Shown: piece after piece, positions 42,201 to 53,832 of the stretch | Layout: each line of letters opens with the position of its first letter | How positions within the stretch are numbered: the first letter of the stretch is position 1 | Assembly (NCBI GenBank): GCA_051294375.1 | Contig: CM119271.1 | Location: 13,702,372-13,766,371 of the forward strand | From: Paraspadella gotoi | Lineage: Eukaryota; Animalia; Chaetognatha | Length of the DNA: 64,000 nucleotides | Direction: 5' to 3' | Notes under the pieces: generated by a model | Databases searched by the model: none | Told to the model about the DNA's origin: nothing | The model's input: only the letters and a program-made list of their open reading frames with translations | Program-made: the position numbers and the translations under genes

Positions 42201-45200
42201 GGACATTTGCAACTCGTCCAACATCGTCTCCAGCATCGAGTTCGATCGGAGCGGGGATCATTTCGCCATCGCTGGCGTCACGCGGAGGATCAAGGTGAGT
42301 TGAGCGGGTGGAGTCTCCATCGGAACGAGCTTCGCCGGAGCCGAAATGATGCTAAGTTCTGTGAATGTGATGGGGAGGTTCTTTTTATCGTCGCAATCGC
42401 TTTGCGACGATATTGTNNNNNNNNNNTCGGGTTTTTATTTCGGGTTTATTTTTTTCAGGGGCTGCGTCTGCTGATCATTTTATTTTTTGACAATGAAATT
42501 TTTTTTTTCCAGAAACTTTAATTTAAACTTTAATTTTCCTCAGTACAGTTGACAGTTGACAATGACAATGAAAAATGTTTTTTTTTTTTTTGAAACTAAC
42601 TTTAGAACAAAGTTNNNNNNNNNNGTGGCGTCGTCGTCGTGGTTGTTCCAAATTATCGGCTTTTTTATTGTTACTGATTCATAGAGAAAGGGAAAAAAAA
42701 CGAGTCTGTAGCTGGCTCTGCAGGGGCTTATTCATTTTCTCTCTTTTCTCCTGCTGCGTCTGCTGCTGCCTTTTGATTTCTTTTTTTTTCTGGGTGCCTC
42801 TGCTGCTGCCGCTGCTGATTCGTCCGAAAACGATTTGGCTTCTCTCTCTCTCTCTCTCTCTTTTTTTTAATTAAAAAAAAATTGAATTAGGATTGAACTC
42901 GTAAAATTAGGCATCGCATTCGTGCATGTTATCATTTTTCTATCGCAACATCGGGTTTTTATTTCGGGTTTATTTTTTTCAGGGGCTGCGTCTGCTGATC
43001 ATTTTATTTTTTGACAATGAAATTTTTTTTTTCCAGAAACTTTAATTTAAACTTTAATTTTCCTCAGTACAGTTGACAGTTGACAATGACAATGAAAAAT
43101 GTTTTTTTTTTTTTTGAAACTAACTTTAGAACAAAGTTTGAAGAGAGATTTAACAACGATTTTTATTTCATAGTGAAACGGACATGTTTCGACTCACATA
43201 CGAGTCTTCTTCAGCGCCAATTCAATGACACATACGAGTCTTCTTCAGCGCCAATTCAATGAATTGGCGCTGAAGAAGACTCGTATGTGAGTCGAAACAT
43301 GTCCGTTTCACTATGAAATAAAAATCGTTGTTAAATCTCTCTTCAAACTTTGTTCTAAATCAAATCACAACGAAACAGAAAGGAAAAAAACACAATGAAA
43401 CTAACTTTAATTTTCTTCGGTACTTTTTTTTTTTTAATTGACAATCGCAAAAATAGAATTTTTCTTTCTTTTTATAAATTAATTTTCTTTTCTAAAATTT
43501 TATTTTTTTTAGTATCAAAATTTGTCGTCAATCCAGATTTTTCTTATGCGATTGCGACGATCCTTATGCTTTTAAGATTTTTTTTCAATAATTTTTTTCC
43601 ACGGGACTCGTATTAATTTTTTCCGCTGCCGCTAGATTTTCGAGTATGACGCGGTTATCAAAGACTTGGTGGACATCCACTACCCGATCGCCGAAATGTC
43701 CTGTAACTCAAAGATCAGCTGCGTCTCGTGGAACTATTACCATCGCGGGGTGTTGGCCTCTAGCGACTACGAAGGTGTGACGCGGTCGGGAGAACTCGAG
43801 GGGGCGCTACCCTTTTGTATGTACTGAAGGATAATGACATTCATTAGGAACGGTTTCCTTGTGGGACGCGTTCACTGGCTGCACGACGCGACAGTTTCAG
43901 GAGCACGAAAAGCGCTGTTGGTCCTGCGATTTCAGCGTCACCAATCCGAAACTCCTGGTTTCCGGTAAGTTTTTTTTCCGTTATTCCTATCTTGCGTCGC
44001 TAAATCAGACAAGATTTAGATATTAAATCATTGAAGCCTTTTCGTTATGTCGTGTATTTTTTTTAAAGGTATCAGTTAGTTAAAAACCTCCCCTCCCGCT
44101 TAAAGGCTCCGACGACCACCAAGTAAAACTCTGGTCGACTAATCAGCAACACTCCGTCCACTCGATCACCGCCGCCGCCAACGTCTGTTGCGTGAAGTTC
44201 TCCCCCGAAGACGCCTTCAAACTCGTCTTCGGATCCGCCGACCACTGCGTCTACCTCTACGACCTCAGGAAGATTAAGACTCCTTTGAAAGTTTACAAAG
44301 GTGAGTTTTTATTTTCGGTGATTCTTTTTTTTTTTTTTATGAACAGAGATCATTTAATATATTAGCATTTCAATTATTTATTGAATTAGAATTATTACAA
44401 TTATTACTTTTCAACCGTTGTTGTTGTGACTGTTAATAGTATAATTTTTTTTATTAAAAGTTTCCTATTATTACAACATTACGACTCTTATTATAACGTT
44501 GACGTTTAGTCAAATAACGAGGATAATTAATAAGTGGCGGACAATGATTAGGGTGATGACATAGGTAACGATGACACGATGACAAAGGTTAAGACAAAGG
44601 TGATGACAATATTAAACAGTTCAATAATTATTTGAAGAAGTGTTCTTTCTTGAGTTTTGGGTGTAGAGGTGAATGCCTAGAGTTCTCTTAGAAATTTTGA
44701 CCATCAATCCCTCCGTCGGTTCCTCTGTCGGTCATTGGTCATTCTAAGGTTGTAGTAAGGTCTGTGATTCGTCGGCATTCTGATGATTCGTGAAGGAGAC
44801 GAGCAATCACATCACTAGGCCAACCAAGTCCGTTTATAGGTCCATTCCGTTGATGATAATAACGATTATTGCTAATTTATACAAATAATCTTTTTTTTTT
44901 ACCTTTATTTTTATTTTTTTTTCAAAACCCAGGCCACCGCAAGGCCGTCTCCTACACGCGCTTTTTGACGCCGACGACGCTGGTTTCGGCCTCTACCGAC
45001 TCCCAACTCAAACTGTGGGACGCGGAAGAGGAGAGGGCGCGCCGGAGTTTCTCCGGCCACGTCAACGAGAAGAACTTTGTCGGGCTGACGACAGACTCCA
45101 GCGCCGACGGAGACTACATCGCCTGCGGGAGCGAGAACAACACGTTGTACGTCTATTACAAGGTACCGTGAGTTCGAGTCGGATTTAGGCGGGTGACTGA

Positions 45201-45571
45201 ATTGGATTTTAAATTGTAGGCAACCCAAGGTTACGAAACTGCGTTATGTTGTTTAACTTTAATCCAAACAACTATGAACCTGCCATTTAACATAACATAA
45301 GGATTATTCTTATGGATCGCTTACTCACCTTTTCACTTACACCCCCCCCCTACGTGTCCCCATCCAGGGCCTCTCCAAAACCCTGACCACCTTCAAATTC
45401 GACTCGAACCTCGGGACGCTCGACGGTCGAGAGCGCCCCGCCGAATCCTCGCCCTCATCTTCGTCGTCATCATCGGACTTCGTCAGCGCCGTCACGTGGA
45501 AACACGACACAAACGTCCTCGTCGCCGCCAACAGTCTTGGCGCTATCAAGATCTTGGAATTGGTTCCGTGA
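39212..45571 (+). CDS. COP1: E3 ubiquitin ligase COP1 (RING + coiled coil + WD40)
   Basis: Exons 39212-39477, 39582-39960, 40116-40329, 40411-40664, 42118-42294, 43636-43774, 43848-43964, 44106-44300, 44933-45162, 45368-45571. Motifs are DFLCPICF...[58 protein letters not shown] and ACGSENN. Confidence 0.96.
40870..41750 (+). repeat. Degenerate tandem repeat, unit about 440 bp, in a COP1 intron
   Basis: Matching blocks recur at similar offsets: CTGAGTCTGAAGTT (~40883/~41321), GGTTTAAC.CCC (~41005/~41445) and TCTAGAACCTTC.ACCTTTGCTTTTCAG (~41100/~41544). Confidence 0.75.
43177..43218 (-). ncRNA. Minimal type I hammerhead ribozyme motif (inverted arm)
   Basis: Exact reverse complement of 43266-43307. 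Confidence 0.78.
43266..43307 (+). ncRNA. Minimal type I hammerhead ribozyme motif
   Basis: GGCG-CUGAAGA-A-GACUC-guaugu-GAGUC-GAAA-CAUGUC-CGUU, with predicted cleavage after C43303. Confidence 0.8.
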
Positions 45572-47138
45572 GTCGAGGCGATGGTGTAATGTGGACGTCG
45601 GAGTGTCAAAAAGGTGTTGTACCGCGTTGCCCTGGAGGCGATTGTCATAAAACTGGCGTTTCGAACCGTTTAATTTTTTTTTTTATTCGTCGGTAACTTT
45701 GGTGCGCCGGAATTCGGTGAGACGTTCATAACATTTATCACGTGACAAAAAAAAAACACACGAGAGAATCTTTTTCGGTGATTCGTCTTGTTTCCAAAGT
45801 CTTTCTCTGTTATCGTCGCCCAAATTGTCAGGCTTGAACTTAACGGGCATTGAGAATCGCAAATTTAAACTTTTTTGAAAGGGGTACTACTCTAGGGGCA
45901 CTCGTCATGACGCTGGTTCTAATTGTGATACAATTTCGTGGTCAATAATAATAATGTTCATGGTTGCCATACTTGATATATTTTATACCAAGTTATATCT
46001 TATTTTTTCTCTGATATAAACCTTTAGATACATCTTGAAAAATATATAAAACTTTTTATTCCCTATTTCATAAATAAATATATTTTAATCAAGAACGTAT
46101 CTTTACATCATATCATACTCACTCAATCGCCCAAAGTCTTAAATGAAGCCTTTCTCTGTTAATAGTTATCGTCTTAAACCCAACTAATTCTGTGTGCCTA
46201 ATCTTAAGATTTACACATATTTATTTCTTAACGGTTATTTTTAACCTGTCTTTAAAGTGGTTTTGTCGTAGTTTTGAAACTGATAGATTTAGCCTAATTT
46301 CTCCCTAAAACGGCCTAGTTTTGCTGGGGATTCATAGATTTTGATAGTATCACTTTAATGAAAAGCAATTTCAAAAGACATTAAAATAGGGTAGTGCGGG
46401 GTAATTCGGAACACTGACAAATAAAATGAAATAAAAAAAATTATGTAAGGAATTTGAATAATTATTACTGGTGCCTTAAATATTTCACCAACTTGTCTTT
46501 ACATATTAAGAGTTGTAGCATTCCACTGTGGCTGCAGCAGCTGCAATAGCAATTTAAAAAAAGCTTGTCAAATTTCGTCTTTGAGTAGTCGTTTTCAAGC
46601 CTATCAGTCATATTTGTCGCAATATGACTATGTAATTTTAATTGATGATGAAGTTTTTTACTTACTATTAGAGTTCCGATAACCGTTAAATGTTTTACGG
46701 TTATTAACAGTTAATTATAATTTAACTTAACCGTTAAAATATTTATTTTAACGGTTAAATTCGGTTAATTTTCAAATACGATTTTTGTTATTATTTGTTA
46801 GGAAATCTTTGATTTTTTAAAAGAAAAGTATTTTTTTCCCGTCCTCTCTTATTCTCCTCTCCCTTTTTTACCATATTTTCCTCCCTCTCTCTCTTCTCCA
46901 TTTTTTCAAGGTTTTTTTTTCCTTTTTTATTATCAACCCCAATCTTTTTTCTATCCTAATCTCTCTTATTCTTTCTTCCCCTAACTTTATACCCTTATGT
47001 TCCTTTCTTTTTCTTTCTCTCTTTTCCCCTCCTTCTTTCCCCCATTTTCTCTCCTTTTTTTTGCCCTTCCAGTAATTTTTTTTCTTTCTCCCAATTTTTT
47101 TTCGTTTTTCCTTTTAACTAATTTTATGCATTTACATC

Positions 47139-47273
47139 TTAGAGACAAAGTTTGAAATAATTGGCAATAACGATTTATTTTCAAGATGAAATCGTACATG
47201 TTTTGGCTTTTTTACAAGCCTTCTTCAGCGTCAATTTAGTTTGTGAAAATATTAGACAGATTTTGTGTAGAAG

Positions 47274-47315
<42 letters not shown>

Positions 47316-47541
47316 AAAACAGAGAGAGGGCAAAGCTTCTCTGTTTCTCTCTCTCTCTCTCTCTCTCTCTCCCCATCTTTTACACAAAATCTGTCTAATA
47401 ATTTCACTAAAATGACGCTGAAGAAGGCTTATAAAAAAGCCGAAACATGTACGTTTTCATCTTGAAAATAAATTGTTGCCAATTATTTCAAACTCTGTCT
47501 CTAATCTCTAATCACAACAAAAGAAAGGATTACATAACACA
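47139..47541 (+). mobile_element. Penelope-like palindromic mini-element, copy B
   Basis: Inverted repeat 47139-47504 centred on (GA)n/(TC)n, then a tail CACAACAAAAGAAAGGATTACATAACACA. Perfect 13-bp TSD ATGCATTTACATC at 47126-47138 and 47542-47554. Confidence 0.87.
47414..47455 (+). ncRNA. Minimal type I hammerhead ribozyme motif
   Basis: GACG-CUGAAGA-A-GGCUU-auaaaa-AAGCC-GAAA-CAUGUA-CGUU, with a GUA cleavage triplet. Confidence 0.8.
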
Positions 47542-50500
47542 ATGCATTTACATCAAAGAATATTTTGAAATATAATATATATGCAAATACATACATTTTC
47601 TTACAAATTAAATTCTTACATGAAAAACTTTTTATTCTATTTTGTTATTAAAAAAATAAATAATTCTTCGTTTTCTCTTTTTTTTCCCCTCTTTAGAACG
47701 AACAAAGAAGCAAATGAAATAAAACCGAATGAATGAAAAAAATTAATAAAAAAATTATTATAAAAAAATTAAGAATTAATAATAGAAGGAAGGAATCTTT
47801 AAAAAGACACTAAGGCTAACTAAAAATATCCTTCAATAATGATATACTTTTTAATAAAACGAAACAAAAAATTTTTTAATCAATAAATTTTTTGATCAAT
47901 AGCTCAATCAATAAACCATTCAATCAATAAACTAATATTTGATTTTTATAATTATGTTCATGGTTTATGAAAGGATAACAACTAGAAAAATAATGAGGAA
48001 GAGAAATAGAGAAAGAAAAAAAGAAAGCGAACGAGAGAAAAAGAGAACGAGAAAACTTAATATAAATTACATTATGCTTTTTCTTTCTTTTTTTTATATT
48101 TTTTTATATTTTTTTTATATTTGTATTATGCTTAAAGCAAAAGAAAAAACTTTTTAAAAATTTTTTTTTTTATAATGTTTACCTATCTATCTGAAATAGA
48201 AGATAAAGAAGATTCAGGAGCCAGAGTTAAAGAGAAAATTACCATTAAATACTTTTGTTTGTTTTAAATATTAGTATTTTAAATTTAAAGTTAAATTATA
48301 AAATTAACCGATTTTAACGGTTAACTGTTAAAAATGTTAGTCTTAACGGTTAAACGAATTTCCTAAAAAATTAATGGTTAACGAAACTCTAATTACTATT
48401 CAGAAAATTGACAGTAAATTGCGTTAAAACGGTACGTAAAGTAAGTGTACTACTAATCACTGAGATCAAGAGAGATGGAAATCATTATCGAAAAGACTTT
48501 GATCGTACGTGGAGCCCTAAATATAACCAGATCGTATTACTATTATAATTACTATTATAATACTTATAAAAAAAATTTTAAATGATATTTCTTACATTTT
48601 TTATTATCATGCAAAAGAATGCAAGAGAAGCTATCACCCGGTCAAATATGCTCTTAAAGTAACGAAATTTAAGTCAAATATGTCGTAATTTTTGATAAAA
48701 AAATTTTTAAAAATGAGCGCATAGAATTAAAAAATTTTTAAACCACCTTACTATATTAAATTTAAAGATTTTTATGCATAAAACGTTAATGGGAAGCCTC
48801 TAGTTGCTTTATGGCAGTAAAAAAGCTTATTTTAATTACTATCTTAGTTAATAAAACGGAACACTTTTCAAATTTTAAAACGACTGCATCAACCAGTAAC
48901 GGGGACACTTTCCTAGATATATCACAGAATTTTTTTTTTTTAAATATATTTACTATAAAAAAAATTTGATTACTTAGAAAAGTGTTCCGTATTACCCGGC
49001 ACTACCCTAATGAATGCATAGCATTTGAACGATTCTGTCGTTCTTTTAATTAGAGAAATAATAGTCATATATTTTTCTTATCAAAACTAACATTATACCA
49101 TTATTATTATTACCACACATAAGTTCCTCTGTGCTTTTTACTGCTACTTCATATTCGGTGTTTTTTCTCCCTGTTTACATGTTTTGAAAGAGATTCATCT
49201 CTAAATTTTTTCCATGTTTAGTTTTCTAGTTGACCGCTTAAAAACATGAAGCGCAAAAGAAAAAAAACTGTTTCCCCGAACCCTTTTTCTAATTACACAT
49301 CAAGTTTTAAAAATGAAGACATCAAAAGAAGAAACAATTTTTGATAAAGCCTTATAAAGTGACCATCATTGGAGATTTAAACGCTTTGAATCGTTTCTGG
49401 GGCGCATTCAAGACGCGGGTGTTGGGTGCAGCGATCGCATAAAAAACGAGAAGAGATAAGGAGGTGGATGTGGCTGCATCGGGCGCCGCCACCCACCGTC
49501 TCTCAGCGTCCGGAAACTAAGCTTCCACGATTAAAAATGGATTAAAGAACGAATCTATTCCCATGCATTAACATTTATATTCACAAAATAAAAATGGTTG
49601 AAAGAACGAACAATATTCCCTCTACTTTTGGTTATTATTCACTTTATAAAATTTGTTGAATGAAAGAACTGAAATAGGGGGAAAAGTGACCAAGAAAAGC
49701 CGCTGAGTTGTTGTACAAGGAGGAGAAGGAATGAACTGGAGATTTCAAAAAGAGGAGAAAGAATGAAGGGGTGCTTAATTTTGACGTTACATGAAAGAGC
49801 AAAACTGGAGATAGAACGAAAGTAAACGAAATTTCGTTGAAACGACAAAGTTTCCATTTCTTCTTTCATTAAATAAAGATGGTTGAAAGAATGAATTGTA
49901 ATCGGTTGAAGAACTGACTGAGACAAGCTGTTGACAGAGGTGAAGGAATGAATTGATCGTGAAAAAGGAGACCTAACCTTATTCAAAAAGAGGAGAAAGA
50001 ATGCAACATGAAGAGGGTAGATGGAAGATCGAACAAAGGTTCTTTGAAAAAAATAGATGGTTGAAAGAATGTAGAAGATAAAAAAAGATAATGTAGAAGG
50101 AAAGGAGTTGCTCTTGACTGAAGTGATTCAAATCTAGTTAAGACAATCTTGGTGAGAAAATGACGAAACGGATGAATCCGTCGAGACCCGGTCACCTGAG
50201 ATGGAAGTTCGGAACCAAGAAATGGCGGAAGGCGTAGGATTGAGTCCAAAGGTTTTCCCAAGAGAAGGTTTTTTTTTTTTGGAAAGAGAGGCTGTCAAGC
50301 CAACAGCCAGCGCCATTGAGGATCGTCCGAAAAAGATGAAAAACTAAGTACCAAAGAAAGTCATTCGTGGTGAAAGAAATGACAAAGACAAATAACAAAG
50401 TAACTCCTTCAAACTTGCAATTTACTGAGGGGAAAGAATGTGAGCGACTCATGCAGGATTAGCTATCAAACGAGGATATGAAAAGTAAACTGAATGAAGA

Positions 50501-52077
50501 ATGATTTAAAAAGATGATCTGACCAGAAAAAAAAAAGAAAGATGGTTGAAAGAACGTTATGGCCTTCATACTCGTGTCACATAATCACATGGATTATGAT
50601 TAAGAAGATATTAAGTTGGTGAAAGAATGTTACAAGCTCTCAAGATAGTTTTTTTCAATATTCGTTGGTGAAAGAATGTTTTATATGAAAATTTTTCTCC
50701 CTACTATTTACGCTGCTCTAAAAAGAAACATTTGAAGAAAGAATGTATTGATTATTTCACCAAACCATTATTAGAGCAAATGGCATGAAATAATCCTTAA
50801 AACGTCAGCTGAATCATGAAGGAAGTCGACGCGGTGCCAGAATGTTTCGAGGATTGTCTGTTCAAGCTGCGCGATCACTTGAGGTGAAATCCTGATTATC
50901 AATCTCACATGCCGCGTCATGTGCGAAATGATCGACCTTTATTGCAAAATCTGAAAATACAACCTTGGAGAAATTGTGATTTCTTTGGCCACCTGCTTCG
51001 TCCACTACACAAAAGGTTGGTGTCATGGTCATTTTAATTTTTTTTCTTAAAAATGTATTTCCTGTAATATTATGTTAACTATTATTACATGAATAGATAA
51101 TAGATCGACCAAAAATCAATAACCACACTAGATCTCTCTTAACGACTTCTTCTATTTGGTTTTTCTTTGTCTGCTCTATACTTTATAACCTTAAAAACAA
51201 AAAAAAATTGACCGGAATAAAACTCACAAGAGCGATCAAATGATAGAGTACTATTGCCTTTTTGGCGGTGTTTGAACCAAAGAATTTATAGGAACTTTTA
51301 AGATAAAATCGATTTGAACTAATATTTTTAATAATTTTAGTACAAATTTTTAAATAGTATCATAATTAATTATTAATATTTATTTTATCATTATTATTAA
51401 TATTAAATTTATTATTATACTGATTACATTTAATTAAACTTATTTACCTATTTATTGGTAAAATTTTTTGTTTTTTGTCTTAACCTTAACCCTATCTCAT
51501 ATTAAACATGGCAAGTAAGTTTACTTTTCTTAACTTTGAAGTTTTATTAAATAAACCTTTATAATACTTAGTAATAAAGGTTAATAAGTAATAAATATAA
51601 AGCTATATATAAATAGAAAATGAGAAAGAGTTTAAAATAATTCTATAACAATTTATTTTTAACAGTGGACATGTTTTGACTTTGATTCAAGTCTTTATCA
51701 GCACTTGTCAATTGACAGACAATTTCAAATTACAGGAAATGTGAGAGAGAGAGAGAGAAAGAGAGAGGGAAAGGTTACCAACAACGATTTTGACAGTGAT
51801 TAAAGTTAAGGACAGGGTAAGTTTAGACCAGAGAGAGAGACAGATATTAAAAAGAAACTTGGTATGATATAACCAGATTCACTGTTTTTGTCCTCTTCTC
51901 TCTCTCTCTCATACCAAGTTTCTTTTCAATATCTGTCGCTCTCTCTCTCTCTCTGGTCTAAACTTACCCTGTCCTCAACTTTAATCACTGTCAAAATCTT
52001 TATTGGTAACCTTTCCCTCTCTCTTCTCTATCTCTCTCACACATTCCCTGTAATTTGAAATTGTCTGTCAATTCACA

Positions 52078-52119
52078 AGTGCTGATGAAGACTTGAATCA
52101 AAGTCGAAACATGTCCACT
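52078..52119 (+). ncRNA. Minimal type I hammerhead ribozyme motif
   Basis: AGUG-CUGAUGA-A-GACUU-gaauca-AAGUC-GAAA-CAUGUC-CACU, with a perfect 4-bp stem I. Confidence 0.82.
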
Positions 52120-52969
52120 ACACTGTTTTTTTTTTAACCATGCAGTCGAAAATTTTCACAATCCTGTACAGTTTCTAGTATAATTTTAAGTGCTTAAAAC
52201 GATTAACAAGGTGTCGTCAATCAGATTTTGCATTTGACCTGCGCACAATTTACCGGAAGTTGGCGTGGACTACATTATGGAATTTTTCTTTTTACTACAA
52301 ATGAGAAGTTAGGCAGTTGTTATTTACTTATCCTGCAATTAGTATAATTATTTAATAAGTTAGTACCTAGACAAAAAATGTTCAATAAAGGCTTTTCATC
52401 AATAGTGGGCGTGTCCCAAACCGGAAATAGTGCTCGATAATCAATTAAATATGTATTATTAAATGTTTTTGATTTATTCGACTGCTAATGGTTTTTTCTG
52501 TTATATGACAGCTTTATCACAAAAGATCATCCATATCATAAAAAAATCCAATCATATTTATCAATTATTACATCTTAAAAGATTCGTTTTTTAATAGCCA
52601 AAGGACTTTAAACTTTAACTATAAATATTCAAATATTATTTTCAATTTCATTCAATTAATGAGACTTTTCTAATTTTAACAATTCCTGGTTTTTATTTTT
52701 AATACCTTTTACTAATTTAATTTTTTTCATCAGTAATTTTTTTACTGGCATACCATTTTTTTGCTCAAAAACTATCGCCGGAAGTTAGACCCTTTTTTCA
52801 TAAAGTTTTATGAAAATCTTTAGAGGGAATACCCTATTTTTAAGTTTTTCCAGGTGAAGGAGAAGAGAAACAATTTCCATGCATCAAAAGTTAATCAGAT
52901 TTATAATTTTCTTTTCTTTTCCTTAAAAAAAACCTTTAATCCAGCAATAAAAAAATTATTATTTATACC

Positions 52970-53335
52970 ATTATGTGAAATCCTATCTTTTGTCGCGTTT
53001 TTGAATTAGAAAGAGTTGAAGTAGTTCAAGCAATGATTTTTCTTTAAACTGTGGAAATTTTTTTTTCAATATCTATCTCTCTCTCTCTGGCCTAAACCTA
53101 ACCTGTCTTCACCTCGACCTCTATCCTTTTTCAAATCTTTGTTGAAAATTTTTCTCTCTCTCTTTCTCTCTATTTCTCTCTCTCTCTCTTCCTTACTCTC
53201 ACCTAATTCTCACTCTCTCTTCCATTCTCTCCTCTTCCCCCAAATATTTCTTGTGAAGTAAAAAACTGTTGACAATTCATAAATGTGGATGAAGACTTGA
53301 ATTAAAAGTTGAAACATGTTCACTGTTTAAAATCT
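52970..53335 (-). mobile_element. Degenerate Penelope-like mini-element, copy E
   Basis: A reverse-complement tail TGTGAAATCCT.TCTTTTGT.G.G lies at about 52975. Positions 53065-53330 resemble 51925-52118, with a mutated core (GGATGAAGACTTGAATTAAAAGTTGAAACATGTTCAC). Confidence 0.6.
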
Positions 53336-53530
53336 AATACGAATATAAGATCAGTTTTAATAAGCTGTATAAACTTTATTAATTAGTTTTTTTCTATTTA
53401 GTTTCATTTAACTTTAGTCCCAAGGGTTTTAGAAGTAAGACGACTCTTATTCAAACCTTGAGTATATCATATCAAGTTAATAAATAAATAATAAATAATA
53501 CAGCAATATAAATTATTAAATATTTTATCG

Positions 53531-53832
53531 TTTTGACAAGAAATAACAAATATTTAGTATTAAGCAATTCATAGTAGAATTTACAAGTTCATTTTTATTA
53601 CTTTCATGCTAATATTTTGATTCTTATGAATAAATCATTTTTCAAGGCAGTTCTTTCTCTCTCTCTCTTTCTCTACCTGACTTTTTCTGGAACAATTTAC
53701 TTTTACTCTGGACTGCCTTTAAAAATGATTAGTTCATAAGAATCAAAATGTTGGCAAAAAAGTAAGAAAATTATACTTATAAATCCTACCACGAATTGCT
53801 TAATACTAAATTTTTTTTATTCCTTGTCAAAA
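53531..53832. repeat. Inverted repeat / MITE-like hairpin
   Basis: Arms of about 120 bp: TTTTGACAAG...TTTAGTATTAAGCAATTC...AAGGCAGT versus ACTGCCTT...GAATTGCTTAATACTAAA...CTTGTCAAAA. Confidence 0.75.

Larger units (their letters stand above)
43125..43395 (+). mobile_element. Penelope-like palindromic mini-element, copy A
   Basis: Inverted repeat 43125-43359, then a tail CACAACGAAACAGAAAGG...ACACA. TSD TGAAACTAACT at 43115 and 43396. A hammerhead core is present in both arms. Confidence 0.85.
46669..48391. mobile_element. Non-autonomous hAT-like element
   Basis: TIR TAGAGTTCCGATAACCGTTA / TAATGGTTAACGAAACTCTA, 8-bp TSD CTTACTAT/ATTACTAT (7/8 match) and many subterminal TAACCGTTAA motifs. Confidence 0.75.
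46389..49007. mobile_element. Non-autonomous TIR element flanked by TA (Tc1/mariner-pogo-like)
   Basis: GGGTAGTGCGGGGTAATTCGGAACACT versus AGTGTTCCGTATTACCCGGCACTACCC, with TA on both sides. No transposase ORF. Confidence 0.8.

Noticed and set aside
42427-42614. Exact duplicate of 42951-43138 including the start of element A
   Set aside because: It is bounded by N gaps on both sides, so it is most likely an assembly artefact caused by the palindrome.
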